From positions 130,456 through 194,455 of the forward strand of contig SCRI01000086.1 of NCBI GenBank assembly GCA_004298675.1: a stretch of DNA of 64,000 nucleotides, given 5' to 3'. Source of the DNA: a bacterium (GTDB lineage: Bacteria > Vulcanimicrobiota > Vulcanimicrobiia > Vulcanimicrobiales > SCRA01). The translations under genes and the position numbers were made by a program. Every line of letters begins with the position of its first letter. The first letter of the stretch is position 1. Below the pieces are notes generated by a model. It was not told the origin of the DNA. It saw only the letters and a program-made list of their open reading frames with translations, and did no database searches. Below, piece by piece: positions 46,817 to 56,775 of the stretch.

Positions 46817-47814
46817 ACGGCTCGAATCCTCTTGCATTCCTAGCGGCCCTTGGCGTCCTTGCGACCGTTGGAGGGAGACTCGCGTGGGTGGAGCACGGAG
46901 CGGCCTGGAGGCCGATAATCACCGAGTTGTCAAGCGATATAAGTATGGAGCAACTCGCCGACGTTCTCTATTCGCGGCTCCAGGCGGTTCCGTTCGCCTA
47001 CACACTCGCCCAACCAGGCGAAGCGCCATACGAAGATTTTGCGACGCGAAAGAAGGACCCCGCGACGACGACGGTTCGCCTTGTTGACGGCGAGACGGCC
47101 TTTCGTGCCGCAATCGAACGGGCGGCGATTGAGTGCCAAAATAGCGGCGATTGCGCCGAGCTCGAACGACTCGCGGCCCATACGTGTGTGCTCGGCGTAC
47201 GCAAGGGTAGCACGACGGACGTGCGGTCCGTCTCCGGGCCCGTGCGTTACCTTTCCAATATCCGTGCCATCGTGGAAGCGACGACACGTGAGGACATCGC
47301 ACGCGCGTTGTTCGAGCGTTGGCAGTATTATGCGGGCGAAGTAAAGCGTAAGAAAGAACGAGGTAGGATAAAGGGCCCAGGAAAGCGACCGAAGCTCGGC
47401 CTCGATCCCCGGGCCGTTGTCGAGAATGTTCCCGTTAACATCGCCGGCCTCGGTTCGATCTCCGAACTTGGCGCTGAACGACTCGCGCTCGAGGGATTGC
47501 GCGCCCTTCCCACTAGCATCCACGGTGGGAGGCTTGTTACCCGCGGTTACCATTATAGGCGGGGTAGGGCTTACGCATTTCGCTGGGTGCTCTCGCGAAG
47601 CCCTCGCTCGCTGCGAACGAGCTCGGAGCTTCTGGCGAGCGCGCCATTGGACTTTAGCCCCGATGGCCGAGATCAAGGGCGCGCAGCCCTGTTGTGCTGG
47701 ATGCGAGATCTCGGGGTTGCCGCGTTGTTCGAGTCCCGGCTCCGGTACTATGGGCAAGGGTACAAGCAGTTACTTCCGGCGGTAGCGATAGCGGAAGCGG
47801 GTTCGAGCGCTTAG
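46792..47814 (+). CDS. short Csx17/Cas8u-like protein (large-subunit candidate)
   Basis: 340 aa with a GTG start 25 nt inside the cas3 3' end. The N-terminal LDGLDGSNPLAFLAALGVLATV resembles the Csx17 N-terminal motif (GC..PLASYLKALGVLRL) as I remember it. I recognise nothing in the rest. Confidence 0.5.
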   Translation: MQLELDGLDGSNPLAFLAALGVLATVGGRLAWVEHGAAWRPIITELSSDISMEQLADVLYSRLQAVPFAYTLAQPGEAPYEDFATRKKDPATTTVRLVDGETAFRAAIERAAIECQNSGDCAELERLAAHTCVLGVRKGSTTDVRSVSGPVRYLSNIRAIVEATTREDIARALFERWQYYAGEVKRKKERGRIKGPGKRPKLGLDPRAVVENVPVNIAGLGSISELGAERLALEGLRALPTSIHGGRLVTRGYHYRRGRAYAFRWVLSRSPRSLRTSSELLASAPLDFSPDGRDQGRAALLCWMRDLGVAALFESRLRYYGQGYKQLLPAVAIAEAGSSA

Positions 47815-47981
47815 GTAATGGAGAGTATAACCGGAGGCGCTCGATCCCCGGTTTTGCGCGGAAAATCACTGGGATCCACCGTGAAATGCACCTTGAAAGC
47901 TGAAAAGCAAAGTCGCCAGGGAATACCCGCTCGAAAAATGAGGCTCATTTCGAGACGGCACCAGGCGGTTTAATACCTGCC
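47815..47981 (+). promoter_or_regulatory. CRISPR leader candidate
   Basis: A 167-nt AT-richer non-coding stretch between the csx17-like stop and the first, perfectly conserved repeat. Degenerate repeats lie at the far end of the array. It contains a 7-bp inverted repeat, CTCGAAA-N11-TTTCGAG (47930-47954). Confidence 0.6.
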
Positions 47982-49465
47982 GTTTCCGCGCCCACTAGGG
48001 CGCGGCTCTGTTGAAGGTTGGCGATAGAGATGATCTCGTCGCCGTTCGATTCGGTTTCCGCGCCCACTAGGGCGCGGCTCTGTTGAAGGCAATTGAAAGC
48101 GACGCATTTGGATTCGATGACCTATGTTTCCGCGCCCACTAGGGCGCGGCTCTGTTGAAGGTTATTCGATGGGGCTAACACGACGGAGATCCTTGGGTTT
48201 CCGCGCCCACTAGGGCGCGGCTCTGTTGAAGGTACGAAACTCGCGTCGTTGCACTCGAAACCGTCGAGTTTCCGCGCCCACTAGGGCGCGGCTCTGTTGA
48301 AGGGCGCTCGATTGGCGCGTACGTTCCGTGATTCTCGAGTTTCCGCGCCCACTAGGGCGCGGCTCTGTTGAAGGGATCATCTATGGCTGTGGGCTTCTTG
48401 TCCTCGGCTGAGTTTCCGCGCCCACTAGGGCGCGGCTCTGTTGAAGGCCTGCCCCGATCTTGCGGTCGAAGAAATGGCGGTCGTTTCCGCGCCCACTAGG
48501 GCGCGGCTCTGTTGAAGGCGCTGCTTGCTGCTGGCGTTATAGATAACATGTCGCGTTTCCGCGCCCACTAGGGCGCGGCTCTGTTGAAGGACATAGAGAC
48601 GATTACCGGTGGTTCCGTCAATGCGGTTTCCGCGCCCACTAGGGCGCGGCTCTGTTGAAGGCGGTCCAGATCGAGCGTTTCCCCGATCTTGACCATAATT
48701 TCCGCGCCCACTAGGGCGCGGCTCTGTTGAAGGTGGAAGTGCGGGCGAGTCTGGGTCACGGAAGGAGCAGTTTCCGCGCCCACTAGGGCGCGGCTCTGTT
48801 GAAGGATCCAATCGCGCTGATCCCCGGCCGCGACGAGGTCATGTTTCCGCGCCCACTAGGGCGCGGCTCTGTTGAAGGATCGCGCCCACCGGAACGACGT
48901 CGAGCGGAAAGGTCGTTTCCGCGCCCACTAGGGCGCGGCTCTGTTGAAGGTCGGAGATCCACAGGGCCTTGGTCCGTCCGTGTGCGTTTCCGCGTCCGCT
49001 AGGGCGCGGCTCTGTTGAAGGTTTGGCAGCTGGCGCATCAGCATCCCTGTCGCAACGTGTTTTCGCGCCCACTAGGGCGCGGCTCTGTTGAAGGAGGTGA
49101 TGGCCGAAGTTGAGCGTGCCGCTTCCGGTCGGTTTCCGCGTCCACTAGGGCGCGGCTCTGTTGAAGCGAGGAAGAGTTTCTCGCGCACATCGTTCTGCCG
49201 GACGAGTTTCCGCGTCTACTGGCGCGCGGTTCTGTAGAAGCCCGTACCCGTATACTAACCAATGGCTCACCATCACGTCCTGGTGTTTCCGCGTCTACTG
49301 GGACGCGGCTCTGTTGAAGCCCGGAAGCTCGGTGCGCGTTGTTCTTCAAGGTGATGGTTTCCTTGCCCGCTAGGGCGCGGCTCTGTTGAAGCGCTGTCAC
49401 GTCGGTCGACGCGTTGATGTCGCGGATGCATTTCCGCGTCCGCTGGAGCGCGGCTCTGTTGAAGG
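47982..49465 (+). CRISPR. CRISPR array, 21 repeats / 20 spacers
   Basis: The 36-nt repeat is GTTTCCGCGCCCACTAGGGCGCGGCTCTGTTGAAGG. Copies start at 47982, 48054, 48126, 48197, 48268, 48339, 48412, 48483, 48555, 48626, 48698, 48770, 48843, 48915, 48986, 49059, 49132, 49206, 49285, 49357 and 49430. Spacers are 35-38 nt, with one of 43 nt. Repeats 1-14 are identical except for a G-to-A first base in repeat 11. Repeats 15-21 carry 1-7 substitutions. The internal hairpin is CCGCGCCC-ACTA-GGGCGCGG. Confidence 0.95.
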
Positions 49466-49506
49466 TAGTGGCCGAGCGCCTCCGACTCCCGCTGCGGATG
49501 GCAGGA

Positions 49507-49527
49507 GTTGTCGAGTCATCAGACAAC
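49507..49527. promoter_or_regulatory. candidate GntR-type operator, copy 2
   Basis: A perfect palindrome, GTTGTC-gagtcatca-GACAAC, ending 13 nt before the SDR ATG at 49541. Confidence 0.5.
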
Positions 49528-49540
49528 GTTCCAGCGTGAA

Positions 49541-50302
49541 ATGAACAAGATCGATCTCGACGGCCGGGTTGCGATCGTCACCGGCGGTGCGCGCGGCATC
49601 GGGCACGCCATCGTCCGGCGCCTGCTGCAATCCGGGGCGGCGGTGGCGATCTGGGATGCCGACGAGGGGCGTCTCGCGCAGGCTGCTCAGACGCTGGAGG
49701 CCGCGTTCGGTGCGCCGCGCGTCGCCACGCAAGCGGTTGAGCTGACCCGCGAGGACGAGGTCGAGGCGGCGGCGCGCGCGACGGCGCAACGTTTCGGAAA
49801 GATCGACATCCTGGTCAACAACGCCGGCATCACCGGCGGTAATGCTCCCACCTGGGAGTTGGAGCCGCAAGCTTGGCGCCGCGTTATCGAGGTCAATCTC
49901 GTGGCGCCCTACCTGGTCTGCCGCGCGGTGGTGCCGCGGATGCTGGAGAACGGCTACGGGCGAATCGTCAACATCGCCTCGATCGCCGGGAAAGAGGGCA
50001 ACCCCAACGCGTCGCACTACAGCGCCTCGAAAGCCGGCTTGATCGGGCTCACGAAGTCGCTGGGCAAGGAGCTCGCCGGCAAGAACATCCTGGTGAATGC
50101 CGTCACGCCGGCGGCTGCGAAGACCGACATCTTCGCGCAGATGACGGCAGAACACATTGAATACATGCGCTCCCGCATTCCCATGGGGCGTTTCCTCGAG
50201 GTCGAGGAGGTAGCGGCAATGGTGGCTTGGCTGGCGTCCGAAGAGTGCTCGTTCACGACGGGCAGCGTCGTCGATATCTCCGGCGGCCGCGCGGTGTACT
50301 GA
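49541..50302 (+). CDS. SDR family oxidoreductase (FabG-like; candidate sugar dehydrogenase)
   Basis: The ATG at 49541 gives the canonical N-terminus [21 protein letters not shown]. Other motifs: NNAG, YSASKAG. Confidence 0.85.
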   Translation: MNKIDLDGRVAIVTGGARGIGHAIVRRLLQSGAAVAIWDADEGRLAQAAQTLEAAFGAPRVATQAVELTREDEVEAAARATAQRFGKIDILVNNAGITGGNAPTWELEPQAWRRVIEVNLVAPYLVCRAVVPRMLENGYGRIVNIASIAGKEGNPNASHYSASKAGLIGLTKSLGKELAGKNILVNAVTPAAAKTDIFAQMTAEHIEYMRSRIPMGRFLEVEEVAAMVAWLASEECSFTTGSVVDISGGRAVY

Positions 50303-50303
50303 C

Positions 50304-52088
50304 ATGACCGAACAAGCAAAGCGTGGGCTGCGCAGCGCGCAGTGGTGGGACAATCCCGACAATCCCGGGATGACGGCTCTCTATCTCGAGCGCTACCTCA
50401 ACTTCGGTCTCACGCGTGAGGAGCTGCAGTCGGGCAAGCCGATCGTCGGCATCGCTCAGACCGGCAGCGATCTCTCGCCGTGCAACCGCCATCACTTGGA
50501 TCTGGCGCAGCGCGTGCGCGCGGGCATTCGCGACGCCGGCGGCATCCCCATCGAGTTTCCCGTCCATCCCATCCAGGAGACCGGCAAGCGGCCGACGGCG
50601 GCCCTCGATCGCAACCTCGCCTACCTCGGGCTCGTGGAAGTGCTCTACGGCTACCCGCTCGACGGCGTCGTGCTCACCACCGGCTGCGACAAGACCACGC
50701 CGGCCATGCTGATGGGAGCCGCCACAGTCGATCTCCCCGCCATCGTGCTCTCCGGCGGTCCCATGCTCGACGGCTATTTCGAAGGAGAGTTGGTCGGCTC
50801 GGGCACAGTGGTGTGGGAGGCGCGCCGCCGCTATGCCGCAGGCGAGATCGACTATGTCACGTTCATGGAGATGGTCGCGGCCGCGGCGCCGAGCCCGGGT
50901 CATTGCAATACGATGGGCACCGCCAGCTCCATGAACGCGATGGCGGAGGCGCTGGGCATGTCGCTGCCGGGCTGCGCGGCGATCCCCGCGCCCTACCGCG
51001 AGCGCGGCCAGATCGCCTACGCCACGGGCAGACGTATCGTCGAGATGGTGCGCGAAGATCTGCGTCCCTCACGCATCCTCACGCGCGCGGCCTTCGAGAA
51101 CGCGATCGTCTGCGCGTCGGCCATCGGCGCATCCACGAACTGCCCGCCGCACGTCAACGCCATCGCGCGCCACATCGGCGTGGAGCTGAACAACGACGAC
51201 TGGGACCGCATCGGCTACGAGATTCCCTTGCTGGTGAACGTGATGCCGGCCGGCGCCTACCTCGGCGAGGCCTACTACCGCGCCGGTGGCCTGCCGGCAG
51301 TGGTGAGCGAGCTCATGCGCCACGGCAAGATTCGCGCGAGCGCGCTGACGGTGACGGGCAAGACGATCGGTGAGAATCATCGCGAAGCGCGCATCCTGGA
51401 CGAAGACGTCATCCGCCCCTGGGAGCGGCCGCTCAAAGAGAACGCGGGCTTTGCCGTGCTCACGGGTAATCTGTTCGACAGCGCGATCATGAAGACGTCG
51501 GTGATCTCGGATGATTTCCGCGAGCGCTATCTGCGCCGCCCCGGCGACGAGGACGCCTTCGAAGGGCGCGCGATCGTCTTCGAAGGTCCGGAGGACTACC
51601 ATCACCGCATCAACGACCCCGTGCTCGCGATCGACGAGGGGTGTCTGCTGGTGATTCGCGGCAGCGGCCCCATCGGATACCCGGGCTCGGCGGAGGTGGT
51701 CAACATGCTGCCGCCCGACGCGCTCGTGCGGTGCGGCGTCTGCGAGCTGCCCTGCATGGGTGACGGGCGTCAGAGCGGCACGTCGGGGAGCCCCTCCATT
51801 CTCAACGCTTCGCCGGAGTCCGCCGTGGGCGGCGGACTCGCGTTGCTTCAGACCGGCGACCGCATCCGCGTCGACCTCAAGCGCCGCCGCGCCGACATGC
51901 TGGTCCCCGAAGCGGAGTTGGCACGTCGCCAAGCCGAACTCAAGCTACCCGAGCTCGTCAACCAGACGCCGTGGCAAGAGATCTACCGCAACCACGTCGG
52001 TCAACTTGCCGAAGGCGCGGTGTTGGAGAGCGCCGTGAAGTATCAGCGCGTGGCGGAGCGCTTCGGCATCCCGCGCGACAACCACTAG
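50304..52088 (+). CDS. IlvD/Edd family dehydratase (sugar-acid dehydratase type: arabonate/xylonate-like)
   Basis: 594 aa. Motifs: [37 protein letters not shown]. The N-terminus resembles pentonate dehydratases rather than short IlvD. Confidence 0.85.
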   Translation: MTEQAKRGLRSAQWWDNPDNPGMTALYLERYLNFGLTREELQSGKPIVGIAQTGSDLSPCNRHHLDLAQRVRAGIRDAGGIPIEFPVHPIQETGKRPTAALDRNLAYLGLVEVLYGYPLDGVVLTTGCDKTTPAMLMGAATVDLPAIVLSGGPMLDGYFEGELVGSGTVVWEARRRYAAGEIDYVTFMEMVAAAAPSPGHCNTMGTASSMNAMAEALGMSLPGCAAIPAPYRERGQIAYATGRRIVEMVREDLRPSRILTRAAFENAIVCASAIGASTNCPPHVNAIARHIGVELNNDDWDRIGYEIPLLVNVMPAGAYLGEAYYRAGGLPAVVSELMRHGKIRASALTVTGKTIGENHREARILDEDVIRPWERPLKENAGFAVLTGNLFDSAIMKTSVISDDFRERYLRRPGDEDAFEGRAIVFEGPEDYHHRINDPVLAIDEGCLLVIRGSGPIGYPGSAEVVNMLPPDALVRCGVCELPCMGDGRQSGTSGSPSILNASPESAVGGGLALLQTGDRIRVDLKRRRADMLVPEAELARRQAELKLPELVNQTPWQEIYRNHVGQLAEGAVLESAVKYQRVAERFGIPRDNH

Positions 52089-53615
52089 CTACATCACGGC
52101 GCCGAGCTGCCACGGGACGAACTCGTTATCGCCGTAGTCATACTCCTCGCTGCGTGTGCGCTCGCCTGAGGCCACGGCGAGGATGTGCTCGAAGATGCGG
52201 TGGCCAACTTGCTCGATGCTTTCGTCACCCGTGACGATGCCGCCGCAGTTGAGGTCCATGTCGTCGGACATGCGCTCGTACATGGGCGTGTTGGTGGCCA
52301 GCTTGATGCAGGGCGCGGGCTTGAAGCCCGACGTCGAGCCGCGCCCCGTCGTGAAGCAGATGACGTTGGCTCCACCCGCCACTTGGCCCGTGACCGCAAC
52401 CGGATCGTAGCCCGGCGTATCCATGAAGACGAAACCGTGCTCGGTGATCGGCTCGGCATACTCGTAGACGGCTTGCAGCGGTGTGGTGCCGCTCTTGGCC
52501 ACGGCCCCAAGCGACTTCTCGAGGATCGTGGTGAGTCCGCCGGCTTTGTTGCCGTGCGAGGGGTTGTTGTTCAGCTCCATCTCATGGCGTGAGGTGTACT
52601 CGCGCCACCACGCGATGCGCGCCAACAGTCGTTCGGCCACGGCCGGCGTGGCGGCGCGCCGCGTCAGCAGGTGCTCCGCTCCGTAGATCTCCGGCGTCTC
52701 GCTGAGCACCGCCGTACCGCCGTGGCGCACCAGCAGGTCGGCTGCGTAGCCCAGCGCGGGATTGGCGGAGATGCCGGAGTAGCCGTCGGAGCCGCCACAC
52801 TCCAGCGCGAGCAGCAACGCCGACGCCGGTTGGCGCGAGCGCCGTGCCGCGTTGACTTCATCGAGCATCGAGCCCACGGCCTCGATGGCCGCGTCGATGG
52901 TCTTGCGCGTGCCGCCGAGCCCTTGGATCGTCATGGTGCGCAGCGTGGAGCTCTGCTTGGCGCCGTAGCGCTGCATGAGCAGCGGAATCTGGTTGGTTTC
53001 GCAACCCAAGCCGATCAGCACGGCGCCGCCGACGTTGGGGTGGGTGGCGTAACCCCACATCGTGCGCGTGAGAAAGCGATACGCCTCCCCGTCCAGGCTG
53101 AGCGCGCAGCCGCCGTCATGCGTGAGCGCGACGACGCCGTCGACGTGCTCGTAGTTGCGCAAGCCGCCGCCGCGGTTGAAGTGGTCCGCCACGGCGCGCG
53201 TCACGGTCGCCGAGCAGTTCACGGAGGAGATGAGCGCGACGTAGTTACGCGTACCGACGCGGCCGTCGGCGCGGAGATAGCCTTCGAAGGCGGCGCGCTC
53301 GCCCTCCGGCACGAACGTGGGAGCGGAGGCGTCCACGCACGGCGCGTAGTCCAAGGCGACCTCGCCCATCTCGACGTTGTCGACGTGGACGTGCTCCCCC
53401 GGTTCGATGTCGCGTTGCGCGTAGCCGATGACCTGGCCGTACTTGCGGACCGCCTCACCACGAGCGATCGCGCGCAGCGCGATCTTATGCCCTTGCGGCA
53501 CCGCCGCCTGCGCCACCAGACCCGCGCCGGCGTCGTCGCCGGGTGCCAGGGAGCGGCGTGCGACCGCGACGTTGTCCGAGGGATTGAGCACGATCACGGG
53601 CGACATGACGGTCAT
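52089..53615 (-). CDS. UxaA family hydrolyase (altronate/galactarate dehydratase type)
   Basis: 508 aa. An N-terminal SAF domain (LNPSDNVAVA) is followed by a UxaA C-terminal domain (VALISSVNCSA, LECGGSD, FTTGRGS). Confidence 0.85.
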   Translation of the reverse strand: MTVMSPVIVLNPSDNVAVARRSLAPGDDAGAGLVAQAAVPQGHKIALRAIARGEAVRKYGQVIGYAQRDIEPGEHVHVDNVEMGEVALDYAPCVDASAPTFVPEGERAAFEGYLRADGRVGTRNYVALISSVNCSATVTRAVADHFNRGGGLRNYEHVDGVVALTHDGGCALSLDGEAYRFLTRTMWGYATHPNVGGAVLIGLGCETNQIPLLMQRYGAKQSSTLRTMTIQGLGGTRKTIDAAIEAVGSMLDEVNAARRSRQPASALLLALECGGSDGYSGISANPALGYAADLLVRHGGTAVLSETPEIYGAEHLLTRRAATPAVAERLLARIAWWREYTSRHEMELNNNPSHGNKAGGLTTILEKSLGAVAKSGTTPLQAVYEYAEPITEHGFVFMDTPGYDPVAVTGQVAGGANVICFTTGRGSTSGFKPAPCIKLATNTPMYERMSDDMDLNCGGIVTGDESIEQVGHRIFEHILAVASGERTRSEEYDYGDNEFVPWQLGAVM

Positions 53616-53626
53616 CCTTTCATCGG

Positions 53627-54810
53627 TTACGTGCTGCCGCAGAGGCCGCGCGCGTGCAGGTTGGCGATCAGCGCGCGTACGCCGAAGTTCCAGGGCGCGG
53701 CAACGTCGCAGGTGGTGACGCGGTTGATCAGCGTGCCCAAGTGGGGCGAGGCGATCGTCACCACGTCTCCGAGCTTGTGCGTGAAGCCGGCGCCGTCGCG
53801 CTCCTGCGTGGGCGCGAACATCGTGCCCAGGAAGAGCGCGAAGCCGTCGGGGTATTGGTGGTGGCCGCCGAAGGTGGCGTCGACCAGTTCCAGCACGTCG
53901 CGGCTGATCTGCGCCATCGAGCTGGTGGCATCGAGCAGAAAGCCATCCTCGCCTTCGACGCGCAGCGTGACTTCGGCACTGCGCACCTCGTCGAGACCGA
54001 AGCCGTCGTCGAAGAGACGCACGAAGGGGCCGATCGCAGTGGAGGCGTTGTTGTCCTTGGCCTTACCGAGTAGCAGCGCGCTGCGCCCTTCGAAGTCGCG
54101 CAGGTTGACGTCGTTGCCGAGCGTTGCGCCGACGACGTGGCCCGTACTCGATGCCACGATCACGATCTCGGGCTCGGGATTGTTCCAATTCGAGCGCGGG
54201 TGCACGGCCACGTCGGCACCGAAGCCGATCGCGGAGAGCGGCTGCGCCTTCGTGAACACCTCCGCGTCGGGACCGATGCCGACTTCTAGATATTGCGACC
54301 AGAGACCGCGCTCCACGAGTGCCGCGCGCAGTGCCTGCGCCTGCGGTGATCCGGGCCGGATCTTGGAGAGATCCACACCGACTTGCGCCACCAGCGCGCG
54401 CCGCGCGGCCTCGGCGGCGGCGGGATCGCCTTTGGCGTGCTCTTCGACCACGCGCTCGAGCAGGCTTGCGGCGAACGTGACGCCGGCGGCTTTCACGGCT
54501 TGCAGATCGATCGGCGCGAGCAGCCAGGGCTTAGCGGTGTCGCGGTGACGCGGATCGGAGTTGGCCACGAGCTCCGCCACGCTCCCCAGCCGGTGCTTGC
54601 GCGGTGCCGCCGCCACGCGTCCCGCGGGATCGGCGGCGTCGAAGAGCGCCGACGTAGTCGCGGCGGTAGCACTGATGTCGTAGACGCCCTCGTCGTCAAC
54701 GGTGACGACGGAGGGACCCGGAATCGCTCCGGGCACCCAGGCGCGGCCGACGAATGTGCCCATGTAACCGCCGTTGGGAGCACGATAGCGCGTGGCGATC
54801 TCCAGTGGCG

Positions 54811-54817
<7 letters not shown>
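53627..54817 (-). CDS. fumarylacetoacetate hydrolase family protein (candidate 2-keto-3-deoxy-sugar-acid dehydratase)
   Basis: The FAH-family core is PEPEIVIVASSTGHVVGATLGNDVNLRDFEG ... GKAKDNN. I chose the ATG at 54817, which overlaps the upstream ABC ATPase stop by 7 nt; 54763 is an alternative start. Confidence 0.75.
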
Positions 54818-55905
<1,088 letters not shown>

Positions 55906-55920
55906 GTCTTTGCGGTTCCC

Positions 55921-56775
55921 TCAATCCTTCAGCGCGCCGGCCATGCCGGAGACGTAGTGCTCGACGAAGAAGAAATAGATGATGATGACGGGCAGCGTTC
56001 CCAGCAGTGCCCCCGCCATGAGCTGCCCCCACTGAAAGACGTCGCCGCGGATGAGCTCCGTGGTGAGCCCGACCGTGATCGTCTTGTTCGCGCTCGAGAA
56101 CATGTACACCAGGGCATAGAGATACTCGTTCCACGAGAGCGTGAAGCAGAAGATGGTCGAGGAGATCAGCCCCGGCTTGGCCAGCGGGAGCACGATGCGC
56201 GTCATGATCTGGAAGTGGCTAGCGCCGTCGACGCGTCCCGCCTCCTCCAACTCGCGGGGGAGCGTGCGCAGGAAGCCGCTGAGCAGCCACGTGCAGAACG
56301 GCACGAGGAACGTGGTGTAGATCGGGATCAGCGCCCACAGCTTGTCGAACCAGTGCAGCGCGATCAAGACGTTGGCGAGCGGCAGAAAGAGGATCGCCGG
56401 CGGCACCAGGTAGGCGAAGAAGATGGCGGCGCTCAGCGTCTTCGAGCCCGGGAAGCGCAGACGCACGATGGCGTAGGCGGCCAGGAAGGACACCGCCACG
56501 CTGAGCGCGGTGGCCCCTACCGATACCAGCAGCGTGTTGGCGAACCAGTGCAGGTACTGCGTCCCTGCCACCAGATCCACCACGTGCTTGAAGGTGGGGT
56601 GAAAGATCCACCAGGGATTGGGCGTGGTGAGCAGCTCGTGGTCGGCCTTGAACGTGGTGAGCAGCATCCAGTAGAACGGCACGAACATGAAGACGAAGTA
56701 GCATGTCAGCGGTACGTAGATGCGCAGCCAGGGTTTGCTCGCGCTGCTTGCGCTCATCACGATCCTATTTCTCAC
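55921..56775 (-). CDS. carbohydrate ABC transporter permease
   Basis: 284 aa with six transmembrane helices and an EAA-loop region (LEEAGRVDGASHFQI). Confidence 0.85.
   Translation of the reverse strand: MRNRIVMSASSASKPWLRIYVPLTCYFVFMFVPFYWMLLTTFKADHELLTTPNPWWIFHPTFKHVVDLVAGTQYLHWFANTLLVSVGATALSVAVSFLAAYAIVRLRFPGSKTLSAAIFFAYLVPPAILFLPLANVLIALHWFDKLWALIPIYTTFLVPFCTWLLSGFLRTLPRELEEAGRVDGASHFQIMTRIVLPLAKPGLISSTIFCFTLSWNEYLYALVYMFSSANKTITVGLTTELIRGDVFQWGQLMAGALLGTLPVIIIYFFFVEHYVSGMAGALKD

Noticed and set aside
48879-48914. Spacer 13 begins with CGCGCCCAC, identical to 9 nt of the repeat, hinting at a partial repeat duplication.
   Set aside because: The match is only 9 nt in a GC-rich background. 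The spacer length (36 nt) and the flanking repeats are normal, so this is most likely coincidence.
41257-49465. Calling the CRISPR-Cas island a mobile element or a transposon-associated CRISPR (CAST-like) system.
   Set aside because: No transposase, integrase, TniQ/TnsABC-like gene, terminal inverted repeats or target-site duplication is visible. An apparently intact Cas3 helicase-nuclease is present, unlike in CASTs. Only composition and context suggest horizontal origin.
48425-49526. ORF-track entries inside the CRISPR array (48425..48811, 48568..48783, 48799..49002, 48839..49072, 49038..49526, 49161..49373).
   Set aside because: Their translations are periodic read-throughs of the repeat (recurring SRALVGAET / TEPRPSGRGN units). 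They are artefacts of translating a CRISPR array, not genes.
49508-49540. The TTG start at 49508 for the SDR gene, as given in the ORF track.
   Set aside because: This start lies inside the palindromic operator (49507-49527). It would add 11 atypical residues ahead of the canonical SDR N-terminus, [16 protein letters not shown]. The ATG at 49541 is preferred.
52671-54548. Very long antisense or shadow ORFs. Examples: 52671..54548 (625 aa), 55558..56814, 20111..21223, 249..1355, 23447..24694, 8246..9361, 32280..33413.
   Set aside because: They lie opposite or out of frame to well-supported genes. They have Arg/Ala/Pro/Gly-dominated composition, which is typical of stop-codon-poor frames in GC-rich DNA. 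None shows a recognisable motif.
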